Below are positions 10,284 to 22,030 of a stretch of 64,000 nucleotides of DNA, piece after piece. Positions within the stretch are counted from its first letter, which is position 1. Each line of letters opens with the position of its first letter. Source of the DNA: an uncultured Pseudomonadota bacterium (lineage in GTDB: Bacteria > Pseudomonadota > Alphaproteobacteria > JACZXZ01); assembly GCA_963749075.1 (NCBI GenBank), contig CAVVLJ010000020.1:160001-224000 (forward strand). Direction: 5' to 3'. A program made the translations under genes and the position numbers. The notes below the pieces were generated by a model. The model worked only from the letters and a program-made list of their open reading frames with translations. It was not told the DNA's origin and did no database searches.

Positions 10284-11224
10284 GCGGCGCCGAGGCACCC
10301 ATCCTCGTCATCAAGCTCGGCGCGCTCGGCGACTTCGTCCAGGCGCTGGGACCGATGGCCGCGATCCGGCGCCACCATGCCGGCGCCCGCATCGTGCTGA
10401 TCACGACCGCACCCTTCGACGAGCTGGCGCGCGCCTCGCCTTACGTCGACGAGGTCTGGCTCGACGAGCGGCCGCCGCTTTTTGCGCTCGGCCGCTGGCT
10501 CAAGCTGAGGCGGCGCCTGCGCGCCGAGCGCTTCGCGCGGGTCTACGATCTGCAGACCTCGGACCGCTCGGGCTGGTACTTCCGCCTCTTCTGGCCGGGG
10601 CCGCGGCCGGAGTGGTCGGGCATCGCCCGCGGCGCCTCCCATCCCCACGACAACCCGGCGCGCGACCGCATGCACACCATCGAGCGCCAGGCCGAGCAGC
10701 TCCATGCGGCCGGCATCGCCCAAGTGCCGCTCCCCGACGTCTCGTGGGCAAAGGCCGATCTTGGCCGCTTCACTCTGCCGCCAAGGACCGCGCTCCTCGT
10801 CCCCGGCGGCGCGGCGCACCGCCCGGCCAAGCGCTGGCCGCTCGAACGCTATGCCGAGCTCGCCGAGGCGCTCGTCGTGCGCGGCCTGGTACCGGTGATC
10901 CTCGGCACGGGTGCCGAGGCGCTCCTCGCCCACGCCATCCGCTCGCTCGCTCCCGCGGCACTCGACTTGAGCGGCAAGACGAGCCTCCTCGAGCTCGCGG
11001 CACTGGCGCGGCGCGCCTCTCTCGCGGTCGGCAACGACACCGGGCCGATGCATCTCATTGCCGCCGCGGGCTGCCCCTCGGTCGTGCTCTTCTCGCGCGA
11101 TTCAGACCCCGCCCTCTGCGCACCGCGGGGGCGGAGCGTCGCGGTCCTGCGGCGCGCCGAGCTCGAGGACCTCGCGGTCGAGGAGGTGCTCGCGGCCCTC
11201 CCCGAGACGGCGGGGCCGGCTTGA
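10280..11224 (+). CDS. Glycosyltransferase family 9 (LPS heptosyltransferase-like)
   Basis: ILVIKLGALGDF, KRWP, GNDTGPMH; GTG overlaps the upstream TGA. Confidence 0.9.
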   Translation: MSGAEAPILVIKLGALGDFVQALGPMAAIRRHHAGARIVLITTAPFDELARASPYVDEVWLDERPPLFALGRWLKLRRRLRAERFARVYDLQTSDRSGWYFRLFWPGPRPEWSGIARGASHPHDNPARDRMHTIERQAEQLHAAGIAQVPLPDVSWAKADLGRFTLPPRTALLVPGGAAHRPAKRWPLERYAELAEALVVRGLVPVILGTGAEALLAHAIRSLAPAALDLSGKTSLLELAALARRASLAVGNDTGPMHLIAAAGCPSVVLFSRDSDPALCAPRGRSVAVLRRAELEDLAVEEVLAALPETAGPA

Positions 11225-11414
11225 GCCCCCCAGGGAACGAGAGGGGGAACGATCGAGGGAGCGAAAGAAAACCTTGCGCGGCGCCGCCCCATCACTAGAC
11301 TTAAGGCGGCTGTGGTTCCGGCAGCCGATCGTAACCTCGCGGCACTCACCGGGACGGCGGCCCGCAGAAACGCGGGCGCCGCGAAGTGCCGCGGCCTTTT
11401 TATGGAGAGCCTAG

Positions 11415-11951
11415 ATAGCCAGACCACCCTCCGAACTGGCGCCGTCCCGCGACGGGCCGGCGATCAACGAGCAGATCAGGGCGCCCACCGTGCGCCTCAT
11501 CGATGAAAAGGGCGAGAACATCGGCGTCGTGCCGGTCGCCCAAGCGCTCGGACGGGCCGAGCAGGCCGGCCTCGATCTCGTCGAGATCGCCCCCCTGGCC
11601 GAGCCGCCCGTCGTCAAGATCCTCGATTTCGGCAAGTACAAATACGAGGAGCAGAAGCGCAAGAACGAGGCGCGCAAGAAGCAGAAGGTCATCGAGATCA
11701 AGGAGATCAAGATGCGCCCCTCGATCGACAACCACGACTACGAGATCAAGATGCGCTCGGTCGTCAAGTTCCTCGCCGAGGGCGACAAGGTGAAGGTCAC
11801 CTTGCGCTTCCGCGGCCGCGAGCTCGTGCATCAGGAGATCGGCGTCAAGGTGCTCGAGCGCGTGCGCGGCGACCTCACCGAGCGCGGCAAGGTCGAGCAG
11901 TTCCCCCGCATGGAAGGCCGCCAGATGACCATGGTGATCGCGCCGAAGTAG
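11415..11951 (+). CDS. infC: Translation initiation factor IF-3, ATA start codon
   Basis: [49 protein letters not shown]; GGAGAG RBS then in-frame ATA directly after an in-frame TAG. Confidence 0.97.
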   Translation: MARPPSELAPSRDGPAINEQIRAPTVRLIDEKGENIGVVPVAQALGRAEQAGLDLVEIAPLAEPPVVKILDFGKYKYEEQKRKNEARKKQKVIEIKEIKMRPSIDNHDYEIKMRSVVKFLAEGDKVKVTLRFRGRELVHQEIGVKVLERVRGDLTERGKVEQFPRMEGRQMTMVIAPK

Positions 11952-11962
11952 GGGGGCGGTCT

Positions 11963-12110
11963 CCCTCTCCTCCTTTAGGAGGAGAGGGCTGGGGTGAGGA
12001 GGCAGCCTCGCTTGGCACGCCGTCGGCCGTAGCAGCGCGCAAGCGCTGGGCCTCCTCACCTTCCCATCGCTTCGCGATGGGCCCCTCCTCTCCTCCTGAA
12101 GGAGGAGAGG
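11963..12110. repeat. Family A palindromic doublet between infC and rpmI
   Basis: CCCTCTCCTCC..GGAGGAGAGGG..GGTGAGG and the inverted CCTCACC..GGAGGAGAGG. Confidence 0.85.
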
Positions 12111-12172
12111 AATAGCGCCTCAACTTGTCTTGCCGGATTTGAAGCCGCGACACCGCCAGCCCGCCGCGCCCC

Positions 12173-12201
12173 TTGCTTTCCGCCCTTGGTCTCTATATAA
12201 G
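12173..12201 (+). promoter_or_regulatory. Putative sigma70 promoter of rpmI-rplT
   Basis: TTGCTT-N17-TATAAG. Confidence 0.5.
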
Positions 12202-12286
12202 CCAGCGCTCGATTGCGAGCGGCACGGCTTGACGGGCATGCCTACCCGCTCCCGAAGCGTTCATTCCAGGTCCAAGGACACGCAAA

Positions 12287-12490
12287 ATGCCCAAGCTCAA
12301 GACCAAGTCGGGGGCGAAGAAGCGCTTCTCCCGCACCGCCTCCGGCAAGATCAAGGCCGCCTTCGGCCTCAAGCGCCACGGCTTGCGCAAACGCAGCAAG
12401 AAGATGAAGCGCAAGGCGCGCGGCAGCTTCGTGCTGACCAAGGGCGACGCCAACCTCGTCAAGGGCTACATGCCCTATCTGAGGGGCTGA
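12287..12490 (+). CDS. rpmI: 50S ribosomal protein L35
   Basis: MPKLKTKSGAKKRF..TASGKIK..KRH; position after infC. Confidence 0.97.
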   Translation: MPKLKTKSGAKKRFSRTASGKIKAAFGLKRHGLRKRSKKMKRKARGSFVLTKGDANLVKGYMPYLRG

Positions 12491-12493
12491 GCC

Positions 12494-12860
12494 ATGGCGC
12501 GCGCAACCTCGTCGCCGGCCCGCCACGCCAAGCGCAAGAAGCTCTTGAAGCTTGCCAAGGGCTACCGCGGGCGCGGCAAGAACAACTACCGCATCGCCCT
12601 CGAGAAGGTCGAGAAGGGGCTGCAATACGCCTACCGCGACCGGCGCAACCGCAAGCGCGACTTCCGCGGCCTGTGGATCCAGCGCATCAACGCCGGCGCG
12701 CGCGACGCGGGCCTCACCTACGGCAAGTTCATGCACGGCCTCAAGAACGCCGGCATCGAGCTCGACCGCAAGGTGCTCGCCGATCTCGCGGTGCGCGACC
12801 CCGAACTCGTTCAGGGCCTTGGTCGCCGAGGCCCAGAAGGCGCTCGCCAAGGCTGCTTGA
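12494..12860 (+). CDS. rplT: 50S ribosomal protein L20 with an apparent +1 frameshift at about 12799-12805
   Basis: [42 protein letters not shown]; removing one base gives DP(D/N)[17 protein letters not shown] ending at 12860. Confidence 0.95.
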
Positions 12861-12942
12861 TCGCAACAGCCGGCGTCGGTAAGCCGAAGGGGCCTTGAGC
12901 GATCAGGCCCCTTTTGCTTATGCGCGGGCGGGAGGAACGGGC

Positions 12943-14019
12943 ATGGAGAACCTGGAAGCGCTCAAGAGCGAGCTCCTTAGCGAGATCGCGGCGGCAGGGA
13001 GTCTTGCGGCGCTCGAGGAGCTGCGCGTCACTACGCTCGGGCGCAAGGGCCGCGTGACCGAGCTCATGAAGGGCCTCTCCGCCCTCGGCGGCGAGGCGCG
13101 CAAGGAGGCGGGGCGCAGCCTCAATCTCCTCAAGGAGGCGCTCGCCGCCGCCATCGAGGCGCGCAAGGCAGTGCTTGCCGAGGGCGAGCTCGACGCGCGG
13201 CTCAAGGAGGAGCGCCTCGACGTGACCCTGCCGGCGCGCCCCGAGAGCCGCGGGCGCATCCATCCCATCAGCCAGACCATCGACGAGCTCAGTGCCATCT
13301 TCGGCGAGATGGGCTTCGCCGTCGCCGAGGGACCCGACATCGAGGACGACTTCCACAACTTCACCGCCCTCAACATCCCGCCCGAGCACCCGGCGCGGCA
13401 GATGATGGACACCTTCTATCTCAAGGAGAAGCCCGACGGCAGCCGCATGGTGCTGCGCACCCACACCTCGCCAGTGCAGGTGCGCACGATGCAGCGGACC
13501 AAGCCGCCCATCCGCGTCATCGCCCCCGGCCGCACCTACCGCTGCGACAGCGACATGACCCATACGCCCATGTTCCATCAGGTCGAGGGCCTGGTGGTCG
13601 ACAAGACGACCCACATGGGACACCTCAAGGGCTGCCTCATCGAGTTCTGCCGCGCCTTCTTCGAGGTGCCCGACGTGCCGGTGCGCTTCCGCCCGAGCCA
13701 CTTCCCCTTCACCGAGCCCTCGGCCGAGGTCGACATCGGCTGCAGCCGCGCCGGCGGCGAGCTCAGGATCGGCGCCGGCGACGATTGGCTCGAGATCCTC
13801 GGCTGCGGCATGGTGCATCCCAAGGTGCTCGAGATGTGCGGCATCAATTCGGCCGTCTATCAAGGCTTCGCCTTCGGCATGGGGATCGAGCGCATCGCCA
13901 TGCTGAAGTACGGCATCCCCGACCTGCGCACCTTCTTCGATGCGGACCTGCGCTGGCTCAGCCACTACGGCTTCGCGGCGCTCGACGTGCCGAGCCTCAC
14001 GGGAGGCCTCAGCCGATGA
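12943..14019 (+). CDS. pheS: Phenylalanine-tRNA ligase alpha subunit
   Basis: [46 protein letters not shown]. Confidence 0.98.
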   Translation: MENLEALKSELLSEIAAAGSLAALEELRVTTLGRKGRVTELMKGLSALGGEARKEAGRSLNLLKEALAAAIEARKAVLAEGELDARLKEERLDVTLPARPESRGRIHPISQTIDELSAIFGEMGFAVAEGPDIEDDFHNFTALNIPPEHPARQMMDTFYLKEKPDGSRMVLRTHTSPVQVRTMQRTKPPIRVIAPGRTYRCDSDMTHTPMFHQVEGLVVDKTTHMGHLKGCLIEFCRAFFEVPDVPVRFRPSHFPFTEPSAEVDIGCSRAGGELRIGAGDDWLEILGCGMVHPKVLEMCGINSAVYQGFAFGMGIERIAMLKYGIPDLRTFFDADLRWLSHYGFAALDVPSLTGGLSR

Positions 14020-16418
14020 AGCTGACCCTCGCCTGGCTCAGGGACCATCTCGAGACCGCGGCCCCGCTCGAGCGCATCGCCGAGACGCTGGTCTCCCTCG
14101 GCCTCGAGGTCGAGGGCATCCACGACCGCGCGCAGGCGCTTCTGCCGTTCACCATCGCCCATGTGGTCGAGGCGAAGCCGCACCCGAACGCCGACCGCCT
14201 CAAGGTCTGCATCGTCGATACCGGGCGCGAGCGCGTGCAGGTCGTCTGCGGCGCGCCCAACGCGCGCACCGGCATGATGGGCGTCTTCGCGCCCGCCGGC
14301 AGCCACATCCCCGGCAGCGGCCTCGACCTTGAGAAGAGCGTCATCCGCGGCGTCGCCTCGAACGGCATGCTCTGCTCGGAGCGCGAGATGGGCCTCTCGG
14401 ACGAGCATGCCGGCATCATCGAGCTGCCCGCCGGTGCGCCGCTCGGGGAGTCTTTCGCCAGCTATCTCGGCCTCGATGATCCGGTGATCGACGTGGCCGT
14501 GACGCCCAACCGCGCCGACTGCCTGGGCGTGCGCGGCATCGCGCGCGACTTGGCCGCCGCGGGGCTCGGCACGCTCAAGCCCGCGCCGCGGCTCAGCGCA
14601 GTGGCCGGCAGCTTCGCGAGCCCGCTCTCCTGGCGCATCGACTTGCCGCCCGAGGCGGCGGGCGCCTGTCCCTTTGTGGTCGGGCGCTTCTTCCGCAACG
14701 TCACGAACCGGCCGAGCCCGCGCTGGCTGCAGGACCGCCTGCGCGCGATCGGGCTCAGGCCGATCTCGGCCCTCGTCGACATCACCAACTACGTGACGAT
14801 CGATCTCGGCCGGCCGCTTCACGTCTTCGACGCCGACAAGCTCGCGGGCGACCCCGTCATGCGCCTGGCACGGGCAGGCGAGACGCTGGCGGCGCTCAAC
14901 GGCAAGAGCTATGAGCTCGAGGACGGCATGACGGTGATCGCGGATCGGCAGGGCGTGCTCGCTATCGGCGGCATCATGGGCGGCGAGGGGAGCGGCTGCA
15001 GCGAGGCGACGACGAACGTCTTCCTCGAGGTTGCCCTCTTCGACCCCATCCGCACCGCCGTCACCGGGCGCAAGCTCGCCATCGAATCCGACGCGCGCTA
15101 CCGCTTCGAGCGCGGCCTCGATCCCACCTCGGCGCTCTGGGGCGCCGAGGTCGCGGCTCACCTCATCGGCGAGTTCTGCGGCGGCGAGGCGAGCGAGGTG
15201 GTCAGCGCCGGCGCCCTGCCTGAGTGGCGGCGCGAGGTGTCCTTGCGGCTCGATCGCGCGCGAACCTTCGGCGGCGTCGATATCGCAGCGTCCGAGCAGC
15301 GCCGCATCCTCGAGGCACTCGGTTACGAGGTCGAGGAGGGCGAAGGCGCCCTCGCCACAGTGCCGCCGCCCTGGCGCAACGACGTGACGCGCGAGCCCGA
15401 TCTCATCGAGGACATCCTGCGCGTCCACGGCTACGACCGCATCGAGCCGGTGCCGCTTGCGCTGGAGGGGGCGCTGCCGCGCCTGGCCCTCACCCAAGGC
15501 CAGCGGCGCGCGCGCGCGGTCAAGCGCGGGCTCGCGGCGCGCGGCCTGATCGAGGCGGTCACCTGGTCCTTCGCCAGCTCGCGGCACGCGGCACTCTTCG
15601 GCGGCGGCAACCCGGCGCTCGAGCTCGCCAATCCGATCTCGAGCGATCTCGACGCGATGCGGCCCTCGATCCTGCCCAACCTGGTGGCGGCGTCCGGACG
15701 CAATGCCGACCGCGGCAGCGGCGATCTCGCCCTCTTCGAGGTCGGCCCGCAATATGCCGACGATACGCCCAAGGGCCAGTCGCTCATGGCATCGGGCGTG
15801 CGCGCCGGGCTTGCCGTGCCGCGCCATTGGGCCGTTGCGGCGCGCGCGGTCGACGCCTTCGATGCCAAGGCGGACGCGCTCGCCGTGATCGCCGAGGCAG
15901 GCGGGCCCGCCGAGCCGCAGACGACTGCGGACGCCCCCGGCTGGTACCATCCCGGCCGCTCCGGCACGCTCCGCCTCGGCGCCAACGTGCTCGCCTGGTT
16001 CGGCGAGGTGCACCCGCGCGTGCTGAGGAGCATGGAGGTGAAGGGGCCGCTCGTCGCTTTCGAGGTCTTCCTCGAGCGCATCCCCGAGCCGCGCGCGAAG
16101 GCGGGGAAGATGCGGCCGCTCCTCAAGGCCTCGCCGTTCCAGCCCGTCGAGCGCGATTTCGCCTTCGTGGTCGATGTGGGGATCGAGGCGGAGCGCCTCG
16201 TGCGCGCGGCCAAGGGGGTGGACAAGGCGCTCATCGCCGAGGTGTCCGTCTTCAACGTCTATGCCGGCGCCAACCTGCCGCCGGGCAAGAAATCGCTGGC
16301 GCTCGGCGTGCGCCTGCAGCCGCTCGAGCGCACGCTCACCGAGGAGGAGATCGACGCCGTCGGCCAGCGCATCGTCGCCGCCGTGGCCAAGGCGACGGGC
16401 GCGGTCTTGCGCACGTAA
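14016..16418 (+). CDS. pheT: Phenylalanine-tRNA ligase beta subunit
   Basis: [40 protein letters not shown]-terminus (ERDFAFVV); ATGA coupling. Confidence 0.98.
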   Translation: MKLTLAWLRDHLETAAPLERIAETLVSLGLEVEGIHDRAQALLPFTIAHVVEAKPHPNADRLKVCIVDTGRERVQVVCGAPNARTGMMGVFAPAGSHIPGSGLDLEKSVIRGVASNGMLCSEREMGLSDEHAGIIELPAGAPLGESFASYLGLDDPVIDVAVTPNRADCLGVRGIARDLAAAGLGTLKPAPRLSAVAGSFASPLSWRIDLPPEAAGACPFVVGRFFRNVTNRPSPRWLQDRLRAIGLRPISALVDITNYVTIDLGRPLHVFDADKLAGDPVMRLARAGETLAALNGKSYELEDGMTVIADRQGVLAIGGIMGGEGSGCSEATTNVFLEVALFDPIRTAVTGRKLAIESDARYRFERGLDPTSALWGAEVAAHLIGEFCGGEASEVVSAGALPEWRREVSLRLDRARTFGGVDIAASEQRRILEALGYEVEEGEGALATVPPPWRNDVTREPDLIEDILRVHGYDRIEPVPLALEGALPRLALTQGQRRARAVKRGLAARGLIEAVTWSFASSRHAALFGGGNPALELANPISSDLDAMRPSILPNLVAASGRNADRGSGDLALFEVGPQYADDTPKGQSLMASGVRAGLAVPRHWAVAARAVDAFDAKADALAVIAEAGGPAEPQTTADAPGWYHPGRSGTLRLGANVLAWFGEVHPRVLRSMEVKGPLVAFEVFLERIPEPRAKAGKMRPLLKASPFQPVERDFAFVVDVGIEAERLVRAAKGVDKALIAEVSVFNVYAGANLPPGKKSLALGVRLQPLERTLTEEEIDAVGQRIVAAVAKATGAVLRT

Positions 16419-16425
16419 GTCATTT

Positions 16426-16552
16426 CACCACGGAGGCACGGAGAGCGCGGGGAAGAAAGAAAGCCGTTGGAACCGCAAAGACACAAAGGCACGAAGAAGG
16501 GCTCTTGCGCGAAGCGCGATAATCCCTTCGTGTCTTTGTGTCTTTGTGGTTC
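16426..16552. repeat. Family D 9-bp-periodic element (CACCACGGAGGCACGGAG; 27-bp inverted repeat with arms 16470-16496 and 16526-16552)
   Basis: Direct inspection. Confidence 0.8.
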
Positions 16553-16615
16553 CCCTAACTTCTTGGCTCCGGCAAGGCCCTTCCGTCGCGGCGCACGCCG
16601 CACCATCTTAGGCAC

Positions 16616-18415
<1,800 letters not shown>

Positions 18416-18418
18416 GCC

Positions 18419-18494
18419 GGACGACGGACGACGGACGACGGAGGACAGACGACGGAACAGGCGCGGCCTTCCGTCGTCTGTCCTCTGTCATCTG
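18419..18494. repeat. Heptamer (GGACGAC-type) tandem array with an inverted partner; possible bidirectional terminator
   Basis: GGACGAC x3, GGAGGAC, AGACGAC, then TTCCGTCGTCTGTCCTCTGTCATCTG, between convergent genes. Confidence 0.8.
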
Positions 18495-18808
18495 GATGTC
18501 AGCGTCCGCCTGCGCCGGCGGCGCTTCCGGCGCAGCGCCAAGATGGCGATGCCCGGTGCCGCGAGGAGGAGCCAGGCGGGCAGGCTGAGGAGAGGCCCCA
18601 GCACATCGTCCCACACCGCCGCCGCGATATAGCGTTTCACCGCGGCCTGCAGGAGGCGGAGGCTGCCCGGGCTCACGTGGGACCAGAGCTCGCTCGCTGC
18701 AGTGATGTGGTAGCTGCCCTTGTCGAGCCACTCGTACGTCTCGCCGAGAACGACGATTACGGCTGCGGCGATGAGCAGCCAGGCGATGAGGATAGAGGTG
18801 CGTCGCAT
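18488..18808 (-). CDS. Small hypothetical membrane protein
   Basis: MRRTSILIAWLLIAAAVIVVLG..., two hydrophobic helices and a basic tail. Confidence 0.7.
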   Translation of the reverse strand: MRRTSILIAWLLIAAAVIVVLGETYEWLDKGSYHITAASELWSHVSPGSLRLLQAAVKRYIAAAVWDDVLGPLLSLPAWLLLAAPGIAILALRRKRRRRRRTLTSR

Positions 18809-18948
18809 CCGCACGCCGCATGTCTCTGCGAGAGGGGCCGCCCTCCGAGGCGGACGGCCCATAATCTGGCCCCTGCCGCGGGTAGTGGCAATCGGATTTC
18901 CGTCGGCCGCAACGCCGCCCGACCGACCCGCGCCCGCGGCGGTGTTCC

Positions 18949-18977
18949 TTGGCCGGCCGGGTTCCCGCTGATATGGT
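18949..18977 (+). promoter_or_regulatory. Putative sigma70 promoter of tRNA-Ser
   Basis: TTGGCC-N17-TATGGT, 12 nt upstream of the tRNA. Confidence 0.45.
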
Positions 18978-18989
18978 AACGCCCTTTTT

Positions 18990-19079
18990 GGAGGGATGGC
19001 CGAGTGGCTTAAGGCGCACGCTTGGAAAGCGTGTTTAGGGGAAACCCTAACGTGGGTTCGAATCCCACTCCCTCCGCCA
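18990..19079 (+). tRNA. tRNA-Ser (anticodon GGA)
   Basis: GGAGGGA..TCCCTCC acceptor stem plus GCCA, D-arm GGCCGAGTGG, anticodon loop TTGGAAA, long variable arm, GGTTCGAATCC. Confidence 0.97.
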
Positions 19080-19170
19080 CCCTTCGCCCTTCGGGCTACG
19101 GGTGGCAGGCCATTGTGAGATCGGTGGGGCGAAGGGTGTCTCCCGAAGCTCCGCAGGAGCGTAGGGAGAC
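19076..19170. repeat. REP-like inverted doublet (CCTTCG..CTACGG / CCGAAG..CGTAGG hairpins)
   Basis: GCCACCCTTCGCCCTTCGGGCTACGGGTGGC and GTCTCCCGAAGCTCCGCAGGAGCGTAGGGAGAC. Confidence 0.75.
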
Positions 19171-19179
19171 TGCTGCCGC

Positions 19180-19455
19180 GTGTGGTACGTGTATTTCCTT
19201 GAACTGAGAAACGGCGACACCTACGTCGGATCAACGAACGATCTTCGCCGACGCTTCAACTCTCACCAGAGCGGGCACGTCGATTCGACCCGCAATTACC
19301 TGCCAATAATTCTGAGGTCGTATATAGCGGTCACTGAGGAAGGGACAGCACGGAGGCTGGAACGTTACTTCAAGACCGGTTCCGGCAAAGCCTTTGCGAA
19401 AAAGCGACTTCTGGAGCAGCACTCACGACTCGCCATGGCTTCCGGGACAAAATGA
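19180..19455 (+). CDS. Stand-alone GIY-YIG nuclease (SLX1/UPF0213-like)
   Basis: WYVYFL..TYVGSTNDLRRRFNSH, ARRLERYFKTGSG; visibly lower GC. Confidence 0.88.
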   Translation: MWYVYFLELRNGDTYVGSTNDLRRRFNSHQSGHVDSTRNYLPIILRSYIAVTEEGTARRLERYFKTGSGKAFAKKRLLEQHSRLAMASGTK

Positions 19456-19534
19456 GCATTAGTTCAAGCTGCACCCGGTGATTGGTCACCTTCGGTCTGA
19501 TCCAGCCTCGCTCGCCAAGTGGTGGGAGCCGCCT

Positions 19535-20185
19535 CTACCGCGCGATGCGCAGCCTGCGCTCGAGCGCGCGCGAGCACGACGTCAAGGGATAGCACATCGC
19601 GAAATAGATGAGGGCGACGAGGCCGTAGACGCGGAACGGCTGGAAGGTGGCGTTGGTCAGGATCTCGCCGGTCTTGGTCAGCTCGTCGAAGCCGACGATC
19701 GAGGTCAAGGCGGTGCTCTTCACGAGCTGCACGAGAAAGCCGACGGTGGGGGGAACCGCGATGCGCAGGGCCTGCGGCAGGATGACGTAGCGCATCTGGT
19801 GGACGTAGCGGAGGCCCAGGCTGGCGCCCGCCTGCCATTGGCCGCGCGGAATGGCGTCGACGCAGCCGCGCCAGATCTCGGTGAGATAGGCGCTGGCGTA
19901 GAGCGTCAGGCCGACCGCCGATGCCAGCATGGCCGAGACGTTGATGCCGAGGAGCGGCAGGCCGAAGAACACCAGGAAAAGCTGCATGAGCAGCGGCGTG
20001 CCCTGCACCAGCTCGACGTAGACCTGCACCGCTCTCGCCGCCGGGCCGGAGACCCGGTAGCGCACGGCGAGCAACGCCAGGCCGAGGAGGCCGCCGCCCG
20101 CGAAGGCAAGGGCCGAGAGAAGCAGCGTCCAGCGCGCCGCGAGCCCGAGGTTGCGCAAGAGATCCCAGAGCGTGAAGCTGATCAC
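19535..20185 (-). CDS. Polar amino-acid ABC permease
   Basis: QGTPLLMQLF, AYLTEIWRG, ILPQA, VKSTAL. Confidence 0.92.
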   Translation of the reverse strand: MISFTLWDLLRNLGLAARWTLLLSALAFAGGGLLGLALLAVRYRVSGPAARAVQVYVELVQGTPLLMQLFLVFFGLPLLGINVSAMLASAVGLTLYASAYLTEIWRGCVDAIPRGQWQAGASLGLRYVHQMRYVILPQALRIAVPPTVGFLVQLVKSTALTSIVGFDELTKTGEILTNATFQPFRVYGLVALIYFAMCYPLTSCSRALERRLRIAR

Positions 20186-20850
20186 GGCGCGCGCCCCGCG
20201 TAGAGGCCGCGGCCGCAGCGGGCGAAGAGGCGGCGCAGCAGGACCGTCATGACGAGATAGATCGCGGTGACGGTGAAATAGGTCTCGAAGGGCCGGAAGT
20301 TGCGCGACTGGATGAAATCGGCCACATGCGTGAGATCGGTCACCGCAATCTGCGACACGACGGCGGATTCCAGCATGGTGATGATGATCTGGCTGACCAG
20401 CGCCGGATAGACGTTCGCCAGCGCCTGCGGCAGGATGACGAAGGCGAAGACGAGCGGCGGCCGCACGCCGAGCGCCAGGCCCGCCTCGCGCTGGCCGCGC
20501 GGCACGGCTTCGATGCCCGCGCGGACGATCTCGATGGCATAGGCCGTGAGATTGATGGTCATCGCGAGGACCGCCGCCCACATGGCGGTCATGCGCAGGC
20601 CCAGGCTCGGCAGGCCGAAGAACACGAAGAACATCTGCACGATGAACGGGGTGTTGCGGATGAGCTCGACATAGGCGGCGACGAGCGCCCGCGCCCAGGC
20701 GAGCTTGCTGCCGAGCGTGGCGGCGCCGCCGATGCTGAGGGCGATGCCGAGGGCGGCGGCGGCGGCGGTGAGGCCGAGCGTTACCGCCGCACCCTCGAGA
20801 AACAACGTCGAATACTGGGCGAGCGCCGAGAAATCGAGCTGATAGCCCAT
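20182..20850 (-). CDS. Polar amino-acid ABC permease
   Basis: RNTPFIVQ, AYAIEIVRAG, GQREAGLALG. Confidence 0.92.
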   Translation of the reverse strand: MGYQLDFSALAQYSTLFLEGAAVTLGLTAAAAALGIALSIGGAATLGSKLAWARALVAAYVELIRNTPFIVQMFFVFFGLPSLGLRMTAMWAAVLAMTINLTAYAIEIVRAGIEAVPRGQREAGLALGVRPPLVFAFVILPQALANVYPALVSQIIITMLESAVVSQIAVTDLTHVADFIQSRNFRPFETYFTVTAIYLVMTVLLRRLFARCGRGLYAGRAP

Positions 20851-20857
20851 CGCGCGA

Positions 20858-21658
20858 TCAGAAATCGGCGGGCAGCGGCTGCATCAGCCATTTCTCCGAG
20901 AGCGCGTTCAGGCTGCCGTCCTTGCGCATCCCCGCGATCACCTCGTTGATTTTCTGCTTGAGGCGCGGCTCGTTCTTATTCAGGCCGATATGATCCGGCG
21001 AGCTCATGAGCTGGAACTTCTGCTCCGGCTCGATCGCCGGATGCTTGGCGAGGATCGTGGCGCCGACGTCGTTGCCGACGACCATGAGCTGGGCCTGGCC
21101 CGAGAGGAACGCGGAAATGACGCCGTTGTAGTTGTCATAGCGCTGAATGTCGGTGCCCGCCGGCGCCGCCGCGGTGAGCGAGGTGTCCTCGAGCGTTCCG
21201 CGGTTGACGGCGACCGTCTTGCCCTTGAGGTCGGCCGGCCCCTTCACGGCAAGCGATCGCGGACCCATCACCGCGATGTAATAGGGCGCGTAGGCATCCG
21301 TGAAGTCGATGATCTTGGCGCGCTCGGCGCTCTCGCCGACGCTGAGGAGGAGATCGACCTTGTGCTCGGTGAGATAGGGAATGCGGTTCTGACCGGTGAT
21401 GCCCACGAGGTCCACCTTGACGCCCATGGCCTTGGCCAGCCTGTCGGCGATCTCGATGTCGTAGCCTTGGAGCTTGAGATCGGCGCCTGCGGAGGAGAAG
21501 GGCGGGAAATCCTCGAAGATACCCACCCGCAAGACCCCCGCCTTGGTGATGGTGTCGATGGCATCGGCGCGCGCCGAAGCGGCACCCGCCAGCAGCATTG
21601 CAAGTGCGGCCATGAGCGCTTTGACAGGCAATGACGGCCGCGACGGCACTGGATTCAT
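20858..21658 (-). CDS. Polar amino-acid ABC substrate-binding protein (SBP_bac_3)
   Basis: Signal peptide, LRVGI.EDFPPF, NRIPYL, ERAKIIDF. Confidence 0.92.
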   Translation of the reverse strand: MNPVPSRPSLPVKALMAALAMLLAGAASARADAIDTITKAGVLRVGIFEDFPPFSSAGADLKLQGYDIEIADRLAKAMGVKVDLVGITGQNRIPYLTEHKVDLLLSVGESAERAKIIDFTDAYAPYYIAVMGPRSLAVKGPADLKGKTVAVNRGTLEDTSLTAAAPAGTDIQRYDNYNGVISAFLSGQAQLMVVGNDVGATILAKHPAIEPEQKFQLMSSPDHIGLNKNEPRLKQKINEVIAGMRKDGSLNALSEKWLMQPLPADF

Positions 21659-21724
21659 GGTGGCCCCCCTTCAAGGATGTGCGTGATACCCCGTTGTCGT
21701 GGAGACGCGGTCATGGGCTGGTTT

Positions 21725-21740
21725 TGCAATCCCCGTGCCG
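21725..21740 (-). promoter_or_regulatory. Sigma54 (-24/-12) promoter of the SBP operon
   Basis: Minus strand CGGCACGGGGATTGCA = GG-N10-GC with GGCAC/TTGC consensus, about 65 nt upstream of the ATG. Confidence 0.7.
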
Positions 21741-22030
21741 CCTGCGTCGGCCGCCTAGGCGCGGCGCCCTCCCGACCGGGGCGCCTCGAACGCTGGATTG
21801 GAAGATCTTGAGCGGACGCCTCAATGATGACCGGCTCCCGATCCGCATCATGCGCGCTTTGGGCTCTGCCAGCAAGGCCGGGGCGGGCGGCGCACCGGCG
21901 CCTCTTGCGCCGCCAGCGGGCATGGCCCCATCATTCTGCCCGCTCGGTTCGTGGGACGGATTGTGGTTGACGGCGGCCGCGCGGTGCAGACCCTCAAGAA
22001 ATCGGCGACCATTGCCGGGAAGGCGGTGCC

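Noticed and set aside
12494-12898. L20 with a novel C-terminal extension, or an rplT pseudogene
   Set aside because: A single-base deletion restores the canonical end; likely a sequencing error in an essential gene
18990-19535. Integrative element or prophage at tRNA-Ser
   Set aside because: No integrase, and I found no duplicated tRNA 3' end in the window
21745-22030. SAM or other riboswitch upstream of the metF-like gene
   Set aside because: I could not recognise SAM-II, SAM-SAH or ZTP consensus elements; an Rfam scan would be decisive
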